Shown: one piece after another, positions 12,770-26,919 of the stretch | Layout of the letters: each line of letters opens with the position of its first letter | Position numbering within the stretch: position 1 is the stretch's first letter | Source of the DNA: Epiperipatus broadwayi | Lineage: Eukaryota; Animalia; Onychophora | Assembly (NCBI GenBank): GCA_028023455.1 | Contig: JAQFVV010000006.1 | Coordinates: 16,430,001 to 16,494,000, forward strand | Length of the DNA stretch: 64,000 nt | Reading direction: 5' to 3' | Notes under the pieces: generated by a model | Databases searched by the model: none | Told to the model about the DNA's origin: nothing | The model's input: only the letters and a program-made list of their open reading frames with translations | Position numbers and translations under genes: made by a program

Positions 12770-13950
12770 TATAAAATCACATCTTCATTGGATTAAACAT
12801 GTAAAATGAGCAAACAATGTAAGACTTCCTAAAATGTTGTTTTATGATGAATCAGAGAGATAAATGTTGTCTATATTATAAGAATTATCCCAGACATTCT
12901 AAATAAATGCAATGCCGATTGTTTCCATTGGAGAGTTACAATTGGATACGGTATTGAAGGGTATTAGATAGGAAAGTTTTCTGTTATAGAAATTAAAAAG
13001 ACAACATTGTAAAATATCATGTAAACAGAAAAAAGGCATGTTCCGTCTGTGGACTTATTTCTAGAGTAAGTTTTTTTTCTCCTTTGTTTTTGGAATTAGA
13101 ATGACCATATTCATTTATGAGGAGCGGTTTATTATTATTATTATGCATAGAAATGATAACTATGAGCTCTATAAAATGTAAGTAATAAATTTGGATGCTC
13201 TATAAAATTTTAAAAATGGCACGATCGTAAAAGCAATCAATATATTCTTCACTCGCTGGATATACTACTATAGAGTCCACTATTATAAAATCACTTCTTC
13301 ATTAGCTGCTTTATGGTGAACTTGAGCAAAGTTTTCATTGGAGAGGTAGACATTGTTTAATTGAAAAGATTATCTTAAAGATATCCTAAAGAAACACCAT
13401 GTTGACTGTTTCCATTGGAAAGCTGTTAAAGTATTTCAGAATGAGAAATTTTCTACGGAAGAAATTAAAAGACAGTATCCCAAAATGGATTAGCATATTC
13501 ACACATTGGTTTGTTTAGTCATTACAAACTCATCTCTAGTGTAGTTTTTTTGTCTTCTTAGGAGTTACTGTTGTATGTATGACAGAATATATGATGATTG
13601 AAAACTAAAATGTTCTTCATTTAATTCATTGATAGTTATTACTAATTAAATATTAATATTCTTTTTTCAATTTTATTTTATTATCTTTAATTGCTTAAAT
13701 CCAGAGCACATTTGTTATGAGACTTTACTATGTTTTGTGCAATTGCCCCCCCCCCCTCTTTAATTATACACCCAGAAATGCTCACTTTAATCTTTTTTAC
13801 ATTTTTTTTTTTTGATTATTTGTTTTACCTTTTTTGCTTTTTCTTTTGGAGTTAGAATGGCCAAGTTCCTTTATAAATGGCTGGTAATAATAGTGATGAT
13901 AGAAACATTGAAATTTGAAGTTATTTATAAAACAAGGGAATAGTTTTAAA
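12770..13950 (+). repeat. Old tandem duplication with coding-like remnants
   Basis: TATAAAATCAC at 12771 and 13284; GA(T/C)TGTTTCCATTGG in both units; TGGARTTAGAATGRCCA at 13091, 13847 and again at 19757. Confidence 0.6.
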
Positions 13951-14004
13951 ATTGTTTAAAACTATATTTGTATTGCAAACAAGTGATAGATTTTCATAAT
14001 TTTT

Positions 14005-14106
14005 TTTCCTCATGTGTCATAGCATCAGCCGGGAAGCAAACCCGTTAACCCGGGACAACTGCTTGTAAAGCAGCGGTCGCTGACCTCTCGACCACCAATG
14101 CTCGAC
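14005..14106 (-). mobile_element. tRNA-derived SINE, family 1
   Basis: Reverse complement of the 11176 copy; 17-bp TSD AGATTTTCATAATTTTT (13988-14004 / 14107-14123). Confidence 0.92.
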
Positions 14107-14257
14107 AGATTTTCATAATTTTTATGAAAACTGAAAAAAAAAAAAAACCCATTTAATTATTGGAATATAAATAGTTTTTATTTTTTTAATGAATGTAAGA
14201 TTATTTTGAGAGGAGGCTTGAGAAATAAAAATGATATATATATTTTCATATCCATAT

Positions 14258-14467
14258 ATGATAATAGATGGATAATTGAAATTTTAAACTGGATTCCAAG
14301 AGATTGTAAAAGACCTAGAAAAAGACCACATGTGAGATGGATGGATGAAATAAGACAGTATGCAGGGGTGGTGTGGAGAAGAGAAGCTAAGGATCGGAGA
14401 TGGATTAAACTTGGAGAGACCTTCATCCTGCAGTGGATTGATAATGGTTGAAGATGATGACGATGAT
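14258..14467 (+). mobile_element. 5'-truncated RTE 3' end
   Basis: Encodes ..RWIIEILNWIPRDCKRPRKRPHVRWMDEIR..FILQWIDNG; GAT-repeat tail. Confidence 0.95.
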
Positions 14468-15263
14468 TCATATATTTCAGTGCATTTAACCCTAAAAGAA
14501 GACTGTTAGGAAGAAATTAAATAAAAAACTGTAAAATGTCATTTGTTGGTTGAATTTATAAAGTCATATCCCCCCACTAAAACATAAAAGAAAAAAGAAT
14601 TTGTAAAAACAAGAGATATAGTTGATGTATCCTGGATAATTGAAAAGGCATTAAAAAAATTTATTAGTGCTTTACTGGTTGTAACAAAGCCTGTGATTTA
14701 ATTGGCCCTGCTAAATTAGGAATTATCAAAGCATTTCAGGATTCTTATAAGAATCTTTTTGGGACTAGAAACTGTAATTAAAACCATTTATGGTAAAACA
14801 AAATAGTTTCATGCTGGAAACCCAGTTTGATTGATGATAAATGAGAAATTTTGGATTGTTGGAAAAAAGATCCCTTTGATATGCTGATAATATAACATGA
14901 GAAATTGAAAGTTATTTGGAAAGTGTTGTATCTTACCTTGCTTTCAAATAATGGACTAATCCATATTCCATCATCGTTATCAGATGGAACCTTCATCACC
15001 ATATACAATTGTTCAATAGCAAGAATGGGCCAATAGATGATGATGCTCATTAAATCCAATTTCCATTATTGAATCTGGCTATAAATAGTTTATCCATTTG
15101 GATGTAAGGCAGACACCTGTCAAAGCTGAACAGCAGCACACTGGTTGCCCACTATATGGTTAATGCAGTGAGGCAAGATTATGTCCATGACTAGAAGCTG
15201 CTAGAACTTAAATCAGACCCAAGGTGAGTGGTCATAGTACTTCTGTGCCACTGTACCTACTTT

Positions 15264-15336
15264 TGAGGCAGGCTGTCAGAGTACACCTTGAAATGACATA
15301 CTCATGAGGCAGGCCGTCAGAGTACAGCTGGAAATG
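15264..15336. repeat. 41-bp imperfect tandem repeat, 2 copies
   Basis: TGAGGCAGGCYGTCAGAGTACA at 15264 and 15305. Confidence 0.8.
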
Positions 15337-16088
15337 GTAAGTAAACTTATAAGGGCAATCAAAATTTTTTTTATAGTTGCATGGCAACTAGAAGCTAAAA
15401 CTTGCCAATCAATTCACTGAGCACCTTTGTCTATTGGATAGATCTTGCACTTGGACGCTTGTTATCTATTTGTATATACATTGGTCCATGATGATGAATG
15501 CTCAATCTGATCAAGATGCGATGGAATCTGGGCTAGTTTATTATTTAAAAGTAAGGTGAGATATAACAGAAAATTAACCAAAAGTAAAAATAACAATATT
15601 GTCTGGAGTTTATATGAAGTTTGAGAATTACAAGTGACATCCAACCCCCTATTCGTGGATCTCTAGAATCTGCCACATTCTCACTACACTAACCCAAGCA
15701 GGGCTGCAATAGAATGAAAAGTATAGAGTTGTGACTGATTTTCAAAGATAAAAAATTATGATGACAGATATTATTAGCTGTTGAAGTTATGTCTTTTGTT
15801 TCTTTAGATAATTCTACAAAAGATCTATCTATTAAAAGTTTGTCATAGATTAATAGTAGACAGAGTGACAGTAAAAAGACTGGAAAAAATGTTTAGAAGT
15901 GGCGACATATTTTTTACAAATAAAGTTCAGATTTATTCCAAGATATATTATTTTCTGTGACACCATATGGTAATGAAACTTGGTCTTTAAAGAAAGAAGG
16001 GTATTGATGCTTGATGGTAAAGACTTTTGAGAATGTATTAGAGTTGAATTTTTGCCTGACTTTGGTAATAATATGTGACAATCTAGAG

Positions 16089-16539
16089 CAGTGGTCTTCA
16101 ACCATCGATCCGCGGCCCGGTGCTGGGCCGTAGAAGTTCTTTGCTGGTCCGCGATAGACTGGCAAGAAAGTTTTAATAACAAAATAATAAGATTTTAAAC
16201 TTTTAATTAATATAAACAATTTTTATTTATTTTTTTCATCGCACTTTTACCTGATTAAAAAAAAAGAAACAGAACAAAATCTAATGTCATACATAAATTA
16301 ATTTATCATAGATATTTATGGGGGGGGGGGATAGAATTAAATTTTTTATTACTTTTCAAAAAAAATTCAAAATTAAAAAAAAAAAAGTTTTTTATTATAC
16401 AAACTCCATATATATATAACTTCATCTAAGGCTAAGCTGTTACATCTTTAAGAAAATTTATCTATAGACTACTGCTGGTCCATGAAACCTTATCCTTATT
16501 TTTACCGGTCCGCGGGTGTGAAAAGGTTGAAGACCACTG
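16089..16539. mobile_element. Non-autonomous hAT-type element (MITE)
   Basis: 15-bp TIRs CAGTGGTCTTCAACC / GGTTGAAGACCACTG; 8-bp TSD ATCTAGAG (16081-16088 / 16540-16547). Confidence 0.95.
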
Positions 16540-17244
16540 ATCTAGAGGACGACCAGCATTGTGATAGTTGAACTCTTATCTTTACAATAATAAAAGTGCT
16601 TTTGAGTTATCTAAAATAACAAACACCTGTTAGATAATTTCGGAAAAATGCTATTTTTATGCTAATAATAATATTTGATTAAATAGTATCTGTAATCGCT
16701 TTCGTAATTGATTATAATTTTTAGATATATATGTCATGTTAATTGGAGATTTAAAAAAAAAAAAAAAATATTACTCAAGTTTAAATTTTAATGAGAGTTA
16801 TTTTTGTGAAACTGCTATAGTTTAGGTTGAAAACAAAACAAAACAAAAAAAAAAGTAAAAATGCCTGAAAGCATAATAATATAATGAACAGTAAAACCAG
16901 TTTTTTTTTTTTTATTCGTTTAAATATATACATATTAAATAAATGACATGCTACAACTGCCCAACTCTTCTATGGGTAGATTAATATTAATTATATATGT
17001 ATATAAAGTATACCCCGAGGCATTAGAGTGTTCTGTAAAGACAAACTAATTCAAAGGCATGACAGATCTGTTGTTGTCTTGGCTACTGGGCTCTTACTGC
17101 CCCAGGTTATAATCATTCTTTATTTCTATAGGCATTGAGACCAGTAGTTTCTAATGTAGTTTATATATATATGAAAATGCAACAATATACAGTATATATA
17201 TACTTTGATATGTAAATTAATGAAAAAAAAAACTGAGGAAACTA

Positions 17245-17356
17245 AAAAAAAAAAGACATATGGCTTTATTGCTCGGGAGTTCGAGGGCCAGAACTGATCC
17301 TGGCACTTCCCGATCCCAAGCTGGATGCTCTGCCTTCTAAGCCAAACCGTACAGGG
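17245..17356 (-). mobile_element. tRNA-derived SINE, family 3
   Basis: Minus strand has A-box-like TGGCTTAGAAGG, AGAGCA, loop CTTGGGA, degenerate T arm, AATAAAGC and a T run; 12-bp TSD CTGAGGAAACTA (17233-17244 / 17357-17368). Confidence 0.65.
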
Positions 17357-17542
17357 CTGAGGAAACTATGATTATATCTACCTGCTCATTTATAAACTGT
17401 GTATATATTTATTAGCTACATATATATATATTTTGTAAATAATGAGTGGCTTTTGATTCCGGAGCTTTGTTAGAGGGATAATTTTGATCAATTTTATCTG
17501 TTTAAGAGTCATTTATTGACTATATATCTTATTCCTTTATAC

Positions 17543-17989
17543 CAGGGGTGCCCAACAAGTCGATCGTGATCCACCGGTCGATCGCAAAGCCATTTTTGGT
17601 TGATCGCCAAGCCAATCTGGCAAGAGCTGTCGGGTAACGAGTGAAACAAATTAAATCAAAATTTTCAAGTTCTAATTTTTTTTTCAATTCTAGATTGGTG
17701 AAATCCACTAAGCCGTATCATTATTGAAAATAATATTTTTAATCTTGACTTAATGTAGCCAATTTGAATTAATAAATATTGTTAATAATTATTCATGTTG
17801 CTTTAATTCCCCAGACATGAGTTTTTTGACCCGTTAAATAATTGTTATTTTTTATTAGGTAGATATATAAAAATAGTATGTATTTCACACCTCCCTTCAC
17901 TTAGACTGCGCCTATGACAACAAGTCGGTCGCAACACATTTTTAAAATAATAAGTAGATACTTATGAACCCTAAAGTTGGCCATCCCTG
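17543..17989. mobile_element. Non-autonomous hAT-type element (MITE)
   Basis: TIRs CAGGGGTGCCCAAC / GTTGGCCATCCCTG; 8-bp TSD CTTTATAC (17535-17542 / 17990-17997); subterminal GATCG repeats. Confidence 0.92.
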
Positions 17990-19370
17990 CTTTATACAAT
18001 TCAGTTTTTATATAGGCTGCTGGAAATTTAAAACAATTATTAAATATTAATGTTAAATAACAATTAATTAATTTAATGCCTATTTGCAAAGTGTTTGATA
18101 TATTAATACCCATATTAAAAATTCACTTTACATTTAGTTAATTTTTTTGTGGTTTCTGGCAACTTTTAGATAATATTTAGCAATTAAAACTTTTTATGAT
18201 TTCTTGAAGTAGGAGTTTATGTAAACTGAATATATTCTTGAGAAATATATTTAAAAAAGTTAAAAATTAATGTTTGTTCCCACTTTTTTTTTGATGTGCT
18301 TTGATAGTGCATCTACCTACCATGCATTCAATCTGAATTGAATATGGTCTGAGTAAACTTAAAAAAAAATTTTTTTTTTCAACAAGGATTTTTTTCCAGA
18401 TACTCCAAAGCTAATTCAAGTTACTATCCAATATTAGTAAGCAAGAGCTATTTAGCTGTTCTTAGCTACATGATAAAGATGGGAAATGGCCGGAACATTC
18501 AATACCAGGCAATTAACATACCTAGTGAACACTATTGTTTCTTGAATCACTTTTTCAATGAGGGCTATTGGAAAGATCTTTATTTTGCAGCAGAGTGTTT
18601 TAAATTTAATTTATTGATTAACTTTTTTTACAGGAAAAAATAAAACCACAAATTATTAGAAGAGTTGGATAAATTTTTTTTTGGAAGTCAGATTGATAAA
18701 CTGAAGCAAAGAGAACAAATTCATGTCAATCATACTTATTATTTACAAATTAACTGTTTTTAAATAAATCCCAATAATAATTTCATCAATTTTCCTCTAT
18801 GAACTGAAATAAATATAGACGAATGAAATATTTTTTTGATTATTGCCATCTGATTTTATAATATCTAATAACAAAATATTCAATTGAAGGATGATGCATA
18901 TTCTTTATGCATTGCATTTAATTACTTTTAGGAAAAAATGGCAAGATAACACATTTCATGATGAACAGATGAAAAATTATCTTAGGAATAATGTTAGTAA
19001 AAATAACTATATATTGACATATGGACAATATATACCTTAAGTATCATTAGAAGGTATAAAGTGCAGGTGTGCTTATAATAGATTATCTATGTACATAATC
19101 TTAAGTCATATACCTTTAATCTGAATTGATTTTTTCATGGTTAAGTCTTGAGTAATGTAGTATAAATTAAGTTGAAAATGATTTTTTTTCAGTTATAAAC
19201 CATATAATTTTTTTTCTTTTATTGAAATCAAGTACTAATCGGATTGCTTTTTTTTTTTTTACAATTACTAATGTTCATTCATTTTCTAGTCATCATGAAC
19301 CTCTTGTCACTAATTATATCTAACTGAAATAAATAAATAATACAAAAACTCTGTCAGATAATGAAAAATA

Positions 19371-19649
19371 TTCTACACGAATAAAACATATAAACAGAGC
19401 GACCCAAATTAAAAAAACATTATTCACAAACAACAATTTTCCAAGCGCTTTTGGTACTGTATACCAGAATCATAGCGATATAGTGGAGTAGCGTGATAAA
19501 TAGAGCAGCCAAAATTCAAAAAACATTATTCACAAACAATTTGATAATTTTCAGGACTGTATACCAAAATCATGGCGACATATGGAATTGTTTGGGAGTA
19601 ATGTTTTTTGAATTTTGGTTGCTGTTTATCACGCTTTATTCGTGTAGAA
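19371..19649. mobile_element. TA-flanked MITE (Tc1/mariner-like)
   Basis: TIR TTCTACACGAATAAA / TTTATTCGTGTAGAA flanked by TA; internal ~100-bp direct repeat plus an inverted copy. Confidence 0.85.
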
Positions 19650-20479
19650 TAACTAACTGAAATAATGAAATTATGTCTTTGTGTAACCAATTTCCATCTT
19701 TCTTCAATTTTTTTGTTTCTCCTATATTAATTTTTTTTTTTTTTTTAAAAATATTCTGGAATTAGAATGACCATCTTTGTTCTAAGTGTCTGCTTGCTGA
19801 AGATATATACAAAAGTTAAAAAAGGACTTTAGATTTTGATCAAATTATTTATTGTTATTTTGATTGTTTTTGATAGGTAAAAAAATAAGAACTTACTTAT
19901 TAAAATTCTTTGTTAATACCAAAAGAAGTTGTTTTTTAATGATTAGAAAAGAAATGTTTTTTTTTTTTGTGTATTTAAAAGAATAGAAGGTACCATTTAT
20001 AATGTTGTTTTAATTGTTTTTATGGATAACATAGTAAGAACTGGTTTATTGATAGTAAGGAAAAATCATTTCAAAAACACACATGCGAATAATGATTAGA
20101 TAGAAAATTATTTTTCTTTAATAAATTTTGTTGGAATGATTTTGAAAGGACATTTTTGATTTCATGTTTAATTAATTTTAAAATATATGTGTAGCAGTTT
20201 TTATTTTTACTGATAATATTTTATTAACCATTATTTATTAAAATTAGAGTTTGACTTTTGATTGTTGTTCTTACATAGAAAATCACTTCATATTTTTGTG
20301 AACTTGGATGGATATATGTGTTCCTGCATTCCATTACTTTTCAAGTGTGAATTTTTATTGGATGAATAATATAATGACTAAAGATTTGTTGTAAGTAGAA
20401 AGAAAATAAGTTTGAGTGGCAGATAGCAGGAAATTATAGAACAAAATAAATTTAAATATTTGAAATTACTTAGCTTGAA

Positions 20480-20830
20480 AATAGCAACAACAACAAAAAT
20501 CGGAATAATTAAATAGACATCTAATAATGATAGCAAAAACATGGACACTTAGGAATAAAGATTAGGTATGCTAGATTGAAAGGGAAAACTGTATTGACTT
20601 GATCAGATTAGAAATATAGAAAAGTCATTTGCAAAAAAAATATTTATAGAAGAAATAAATTGATTAATATTAAGTATGTATCAATTGGAACTTAAATATT
20701 ATGAATTAATGATATGGAAGGACAGTAGGAAAAAGTGGAATAAAAGATATTTTAAGAAGAGAACATGAATAACATAATATAAAGAAAGTGGCCTGGGAAA
20801 TGTAAGACCTGCTTTTTTGATAACTGAGTA
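20480..20830 (+). mobile_element. Highly decayed LINE (L1/Tx1-like) RT remnant
   Basis: Purine-rich broken frames with a KESGLG-like segment near 20785; weak. Confidence 0.3.
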
Positions 20831-23482
20831 ATAATGATATAATTATTACTAACTGTTATTCACTTGTGGTTTTGAATCTATTAAGCATAATACAGTATTG
20901 AAGATCATGTATTTTGTAGTCAAAATATCCCATTTTGATGTGCTCCATTTTAGATATTCCTATGCTTATTTTTTGCTTGAGAATTTTCGCAAAAAAAAAA
21001 AAAAAAATCTCCCAACAAATTTTATAAATCTTTCTGACAGCTATTATTTCTATTACCATAACTTAATTTATCCAATTGTTATTCAATTTTTTTTCAATGA
21101 AATCTTTGTACAATTTTAAAATGTTTAGTTTGATCAAAAACATTCTATACAGCTAAATAAAATAAACATTCTACAAAAATGAGATAAACATGAAATATCT
21201 TCCATTACTATGATTAATTAATTTTGAGATTGTCTGATATATCAGTTTTCTCAATGTTATTCTTCTGTCTTTTATTTGTAGCAAATGGTTCTTTACTTAT
21301 GTCTTATATTTTTTTTTAATTTTTCTAAAATTTGCAATATTTCGTTTAATATTAGATAGTTCTTTTAATATATATAATCATTCTTCACTTGAAAGTGATC
21401 TACAGTTATAGTTAGTTGGTTAAACCTAGTTGAATTATAGAACTCTGCATTTAGTTACCAAATGCTTTCTAGTCTTAGGACTTTACAAGCTTTATGATAT
21501 ATCCGTAACTGATTTTTGTCTGTAAAGACTGTAATTATAAAACACATGCATGTATATATGTATATTCACTCTGCTTTCAAGGAAGTGTACCCAGTGGAGC
21601 AGATTTTTGTAGAAATCATTTTTTAAAATATCTTTTTATGTTTCTTGATGTTTATAAAAGGCAGGAATCCTTAAATGCAGCTTCCCAAATACAGGCATTT
21701 TTAAATCCCTATATTTAGCATAGAAATTCTGTTTATTTGATGTCCAGGTTGAATCTTGTAAACAATTTTTAACATCTATCAAATGGGGTTTCCTAAAATT
21801 TTGTACACATGTTAGATATTGATGATAATGCCATATGAAACTGAAATATTTTAGGGTTATTCATTCTAATAGTGTTGGTGGGCAAATGCACATTAAATAC
21901 CAGTAAAAATTAAAATACTCCTTTAATGCTTTATTGATTATTCATTAAAAAGTATTTACAGTTAATTAAAATAGAAAAATAAACAAAGGATGGAATCTTA
22001 ATTGCTCTCGATTGTTTAACTAAAAATTGCTTTTTTAAAAATAACATCGCCTTCGTAAACAAAAAAAAATATAAATAATTTTTAATTTGCATGAAGTTTT
22101 TATTTTAAAAATAGAAATACAACAACATTGTTTGCATTCTTAATTTTTCAATTTGTATGTAAATAATAGTAACAAAAAAATCGGTCACAAAATAGCCGAA
22201 TACTAAAAAGTAAAAAAGTAATTATAAAGAAATGCTTTTATTTAATTGGATGAATAATGCACTAAAAATAAAAAAATAATTTTTTCTTTGATCATAATTT
22301 GTTTTGATATATAATTTGAAATAAAAGCAAAAGGCATCCATAAATTAATTCAATCAAACTAGTGATGGAAATAATTAATTTAAGGATCCCCCTGCTTTTA
22401 TTTCAAGTTAAATCCAAATTATGGTTGAAGAAAAAATATCTTTTTTTTTTTGATTTTTAGTATTTTATTTATCTAATCAAATAAAAGCTATTTTTATAAA
22501 ATATTTTTTATTTCTATTTCTATTGTAAATTCATTTCCAAGTTGAAATGCATAAAATCATGGTTAAAGATTTCTAATTTACTAAATATAAGGTTCTTTTC
22601 TGTTTTTCTAATTCATTGGCTTTGCAAGTTTTAAATTCTTTACAAAATTGCATCCAAAAAAAAAAAAAAAGATTGTAGTCAAGATTTTGGGAATATAATG
22701 AAAGGGCAAATTTAGTATAAATACAGAATTCCATAATCAGAGTTAGTGCAGAAATGACATTAAGTCATGATAAACTCATGATCATTAGGTCTTATATTCG
22801 AGTTGAATGACTTAAAATGAGATTAAAAAAAGAGCGAATAGAAGATCATATAGCAATCAGAAAAAAGAAAAAAAAACATTCTTTGGAATTCTATAGATTT
22901 TGTTAAGTAACATAAACTTCCAGGTTAGCAGGTTGTTAAGCGAACATCGTAATTCTACATGGTAGCAAGAGATAGACTTTACTTGGGTGGTGCTTGTTGA
23001 TTATTCCCAAATTATGTTTTATTGCTGCAGGTGAACTGTGATCTTCATTGATGAAATACAAAAGTTTTTTATTTACTGAAAACATATAGCAAATATTGTA
23101 TTAATGGATTGAAGTAGTCTTTGAATACATTCAAACAAATATTGCCAAATATAAAGCTAAGAAAGAATTGTTTTGATGTCTGTAAAAGTTTGTTTTGTAA
23201 ATCACTGTATGGTCTGTCAATCATCTATGGGATAGTATTCTTTAAATATTATTGGATATGCTTATTAGAGAAAATATTTTCAAAATTAAGAATTACATTT
23301 GTGTAATTTAATTATACATAATGACTTAAAGAAGATAGAATGGGGGAAGGTATGAACAGAATAATTTGTCAAAAAATTGATTCACTTACTTAAAACAAAA
23401 AGATATAGTTATATTTCAGAAAGTATCATTAATCATCAATCTTTAATAATTGTTTTTATTTAAAAAGTATAAGTGAAACATT

Positions 23483-23769
23483 CATCATCATCATCAGCCA
23501 TTATCAATCCACTGCAGGATGAAAGTCTCTCCAAGTTCAATCCATCTCCTTCAATCTTTAGCTTCTCTTCTCTACATCACCCCTGCACACTTTTTTATTT
23601 CATCTATCCATCTCACATGTGGTCTCTTTCTGTGTCTTTTACAATTTCTTGAAATCCATTTTAAGATTTCAGTTGTCCATCTATTATCATCTCTTCTAGC
23701 AACATGTCCAGCCCTACTCCACTTGTCTCTTTAATTTTTTCAATGAGGTCAGTAACACCTGTTTGTTCT
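23483..23769 (-). mobile_element. 5'-truncated RTE 3' end
   Basis: (ATC)n at the left end; reverse complement of 38780-39061; TSD AAGTG(A/G)AACATT (23471-23482 / 23770-23781). Confidence 0.95.
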
Positions 23770-25213
23770 AAGTGGAACATTACTGTTGTTTTATTAATGT
23801 AATGCTTATTTGGGACATGTTTTATTTCAATTGTAGAGTAACGCACAGATTTGAGTTAATTAAAGGTTCCTGGATGAATTCTCAGCTATATAAAGAGAAA
23901 AATAAAAATTTATGCTGTTTGCAATTTGGCTGCTCAAATATCAATCTAAATAACTCATTATTATTTAATGATTTTTAGGATTCATACTTATCATGAGCTT
24001 TACTCATATAAAAAATACCCCCCTCTCCCCAAAGTTAATGATAATGTAAATTATTTTTAATGTGAAGATTATATTATTTCTTTAAGCTAGATTTACCTTA
24101 AAATTTTATTCAAATAAAAGACAGAATTTTTGCACCTATGTTGTGAATATATATATACATGCAGATATAGTTTGGAAATCATCAACGCAACAGGGAGTCA
24201 AAGCTATTTTACTTACCTTTAAAATAATTTTTTTTTGAAGTGAGAAAAAAATTAATGCTTATGACTAATAATTTAATAAGCATTTTGGTTTTTATACGAT
24301 TATCAGTTTTATTTCAGGGGATCAGTCCTTTTCTATTTATTTAAAAATTATGTACTTACTCTATTAGATTGTAGAATGTTGTTGGGGAAGTATTTTTTTT
24401 TTTTTAAAAAATTCAGTCTGTTGAGCTTTCCTGTAATACAAATTGTAAATATAAACTGTTAAGGGATTTCTGTACATTCGAAATAAAGTAATGAATTGGT
24501 GGAATTTTAACACTTCATAGAGTGTACTTTCTCAGCGATTTTGCATTCACCATGTCAATGAGTTTTTAATCTTTACTCTAGTTTAAAAATTGTGATTGCA
24601 AATCAAAATTTTCATTATAAAATGTATATATATTTCGTTAATGTTTTAATTAGTAACTTGTTTCACATATGTTTAAAAAAATAAATAAATTAAAAAAGAG
24701 TATTATTTTATAATATTAATTATAATTAAAACCAGCTTATATTAATTGCTGGCCTTTTTAGTTCGCTTTTTAAAATACTACATTCATTTACTTATATTTA
24801 TGAAATAATGTTTGACATTTATGATTTTGAAATCGATGTTTTAAAAACAAAATGATAACAATCAACTATTACTTGAAAATATTTTAAGAGCTTCAGTGAA
24901 CATTTTAATTTTTAAAATAAATTGCTTACATGAAAGAAAAATGCTAAATCTAATGTGAATTTTTCATTGCTTTCTTTACAGTATCTCACATATATAGCTT
25001 TTCCTCAGACTGAGGTGAATTGGTTTCCCAAAATAAAATGCCTTGTGTAAATCAAGAATTTTGTATAAGAAACAAGCAGTTATAATGATTTCCTATAGCA
25101 GAAAAAATATTTTTAAAATTAAATTCAAACAACAAACATTAAAAATCCAATTAAGTTAAAAAAAAGTTTAAAATTGAAAAAAGTAATAATTAATAATGAA
25201 CATTTTATTAATC

Positions 25214-25332
25214 AGAAAGTGTGCAGGGGTGATGTGGAGAGGAGAAGCTAAAGATAGGAAAAGATGGATTGAACTTGGAGAGACCTTCATCCTGCAGTGG
25301 ATTGATAATGGTTATTGTTGATGATGATGATG
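25214..25332 (+). mobile_element. 5'-truncated RTE 3' end
   Basis: Matches 38950-39061; (GAT)n tail; TSD ATTAATC. Confidence 0.93.
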
Positions 25333-26919
25333 ATTAATCTATTTATAAATAAAGTAGCATTTTATTTGCAATTTTATAATTTATGGTCACTAATTAAAAT
25401 TTTCTACATCAAAGTGGGTATTTGGTTCAATCATGATTCATTAAATTAAAATGCATTTTTTTTTAAAAAAAAAGAAATGAAGTTAACAATGCATATTTTA
25501 AAATTTATTTTTGACACAATTTATAGTCTGGCATCAATATTTTTTGATTTTGTAATTATTTAATCAATAAAACTTTGAATTTATTTTTTGCAAACTGTTA
25601 AAAACATTTTTTTTTTTTATAAATCATCAGGCTCCCGTTTATTATTTTTTTACATAAAATATAATAAAGAAAATAACATATGATTATTTTTTTTTTTGCA
25701 TTGATAATGTATTTTTGTCTCTAGGAAATCAAATTTTATGTAATGACATAATTATTAATTAGAAATTATATAATTAAAAATTGTTTTTGAGGTAGTATAC
25801 ATTTTTGGATTTGTTTTTAATGCACTTTAATTTTGTGTGTAGTCTGAAGTTTATTTTTAATTATTTATGGAATAAAATCTGTATTTTTTCATTTATTTTT
25901 TGTTGTTCTTTACCTTTACCTATTAATTCTGTATCAGAAATCCCATTTTCAGACTGCCATATGAAGTTACCAGATCAAAATTACACAAATAAATTATATA
26001 TTCTTATTTTTTTATAATTTCACATTATTATTGCAACATTTAAATGTTTTTATTACATAATGCATTTTTTTCTAAAGATTGATTCATAAAAGATTTTATA
26101 TTTTGTAAAAAAATAATATATTATTAATCTCTCCCATTATTTGAAATTATCCATTGGTGATGTTTTTTATTATTATTTTATAAAATTGTGTATTTAATCC
26201 TGCAATAATACAGTTGCACTTACATTGTTTAAAATTGTTTTTTTAAAAAAAAAATTCTAAATATTAGTTCATGAATAATTGTTACTGTTATTTTTTTAAA
26301 AAGCAAACTATCACAAATTCAGAAAGAGTTTTAATATATTATTGTATAATACTTGTAGTTTTTTTAAAATTTCATTTTGCTATAAAATTTGTGTCTATGG
26401 TTTGTCAGATGCTTCCTAATCTTCAAGTCTGTTATACCTGATCCAACATTAATTTTTTTTACAAAAATTAAAAGATATCAAAGAAAGAGATTTGAAGTTA
26501 GCTCCTCACCTAATAGTAAATTCCACATGGAATCTTATTAATATTGGACATTAAGTAATTTAATGGTTTATAAATGTATTGCCAAATTTAATGTTATTTT
26601 ATAATTTTTTCTTTATTGTAAACATAGTTGAATAAACCTGTTTTTGATAAAAAAATATTTTAAGTGAAAAAATATAAATTATTAATAAATTCTCAAATAA
26701 TGAAGAACATATTGAAACATTTAATAGCAGAACAGGTTTGATTTATAACAAAGAAATTTATTTAAAGTTAAGCACTTTCAACTGAATAGTATTGTAATCT
26801 TAGCATTAAATGACTAAAGGCAGTTGAGATGTGGATTTAAAATTATTTTGAATATTATAGAATAAATTATCATAAAATTGAATTTTTAGCAATAGATTTG
26901 CATCCCAATGACATAAAAT

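Noticed and set aside
14778-15059. Minus ORF with a good AAG|GTAAGA donor at ~14937
   Set aside because: No compatible acceptor in the open frame and no recognisable protein
24982-25014. 33-nt micro-exon candidate (YLTYIAFPQTE)
   Set aside because: Plausible splice sites, but nothing links it to other exons
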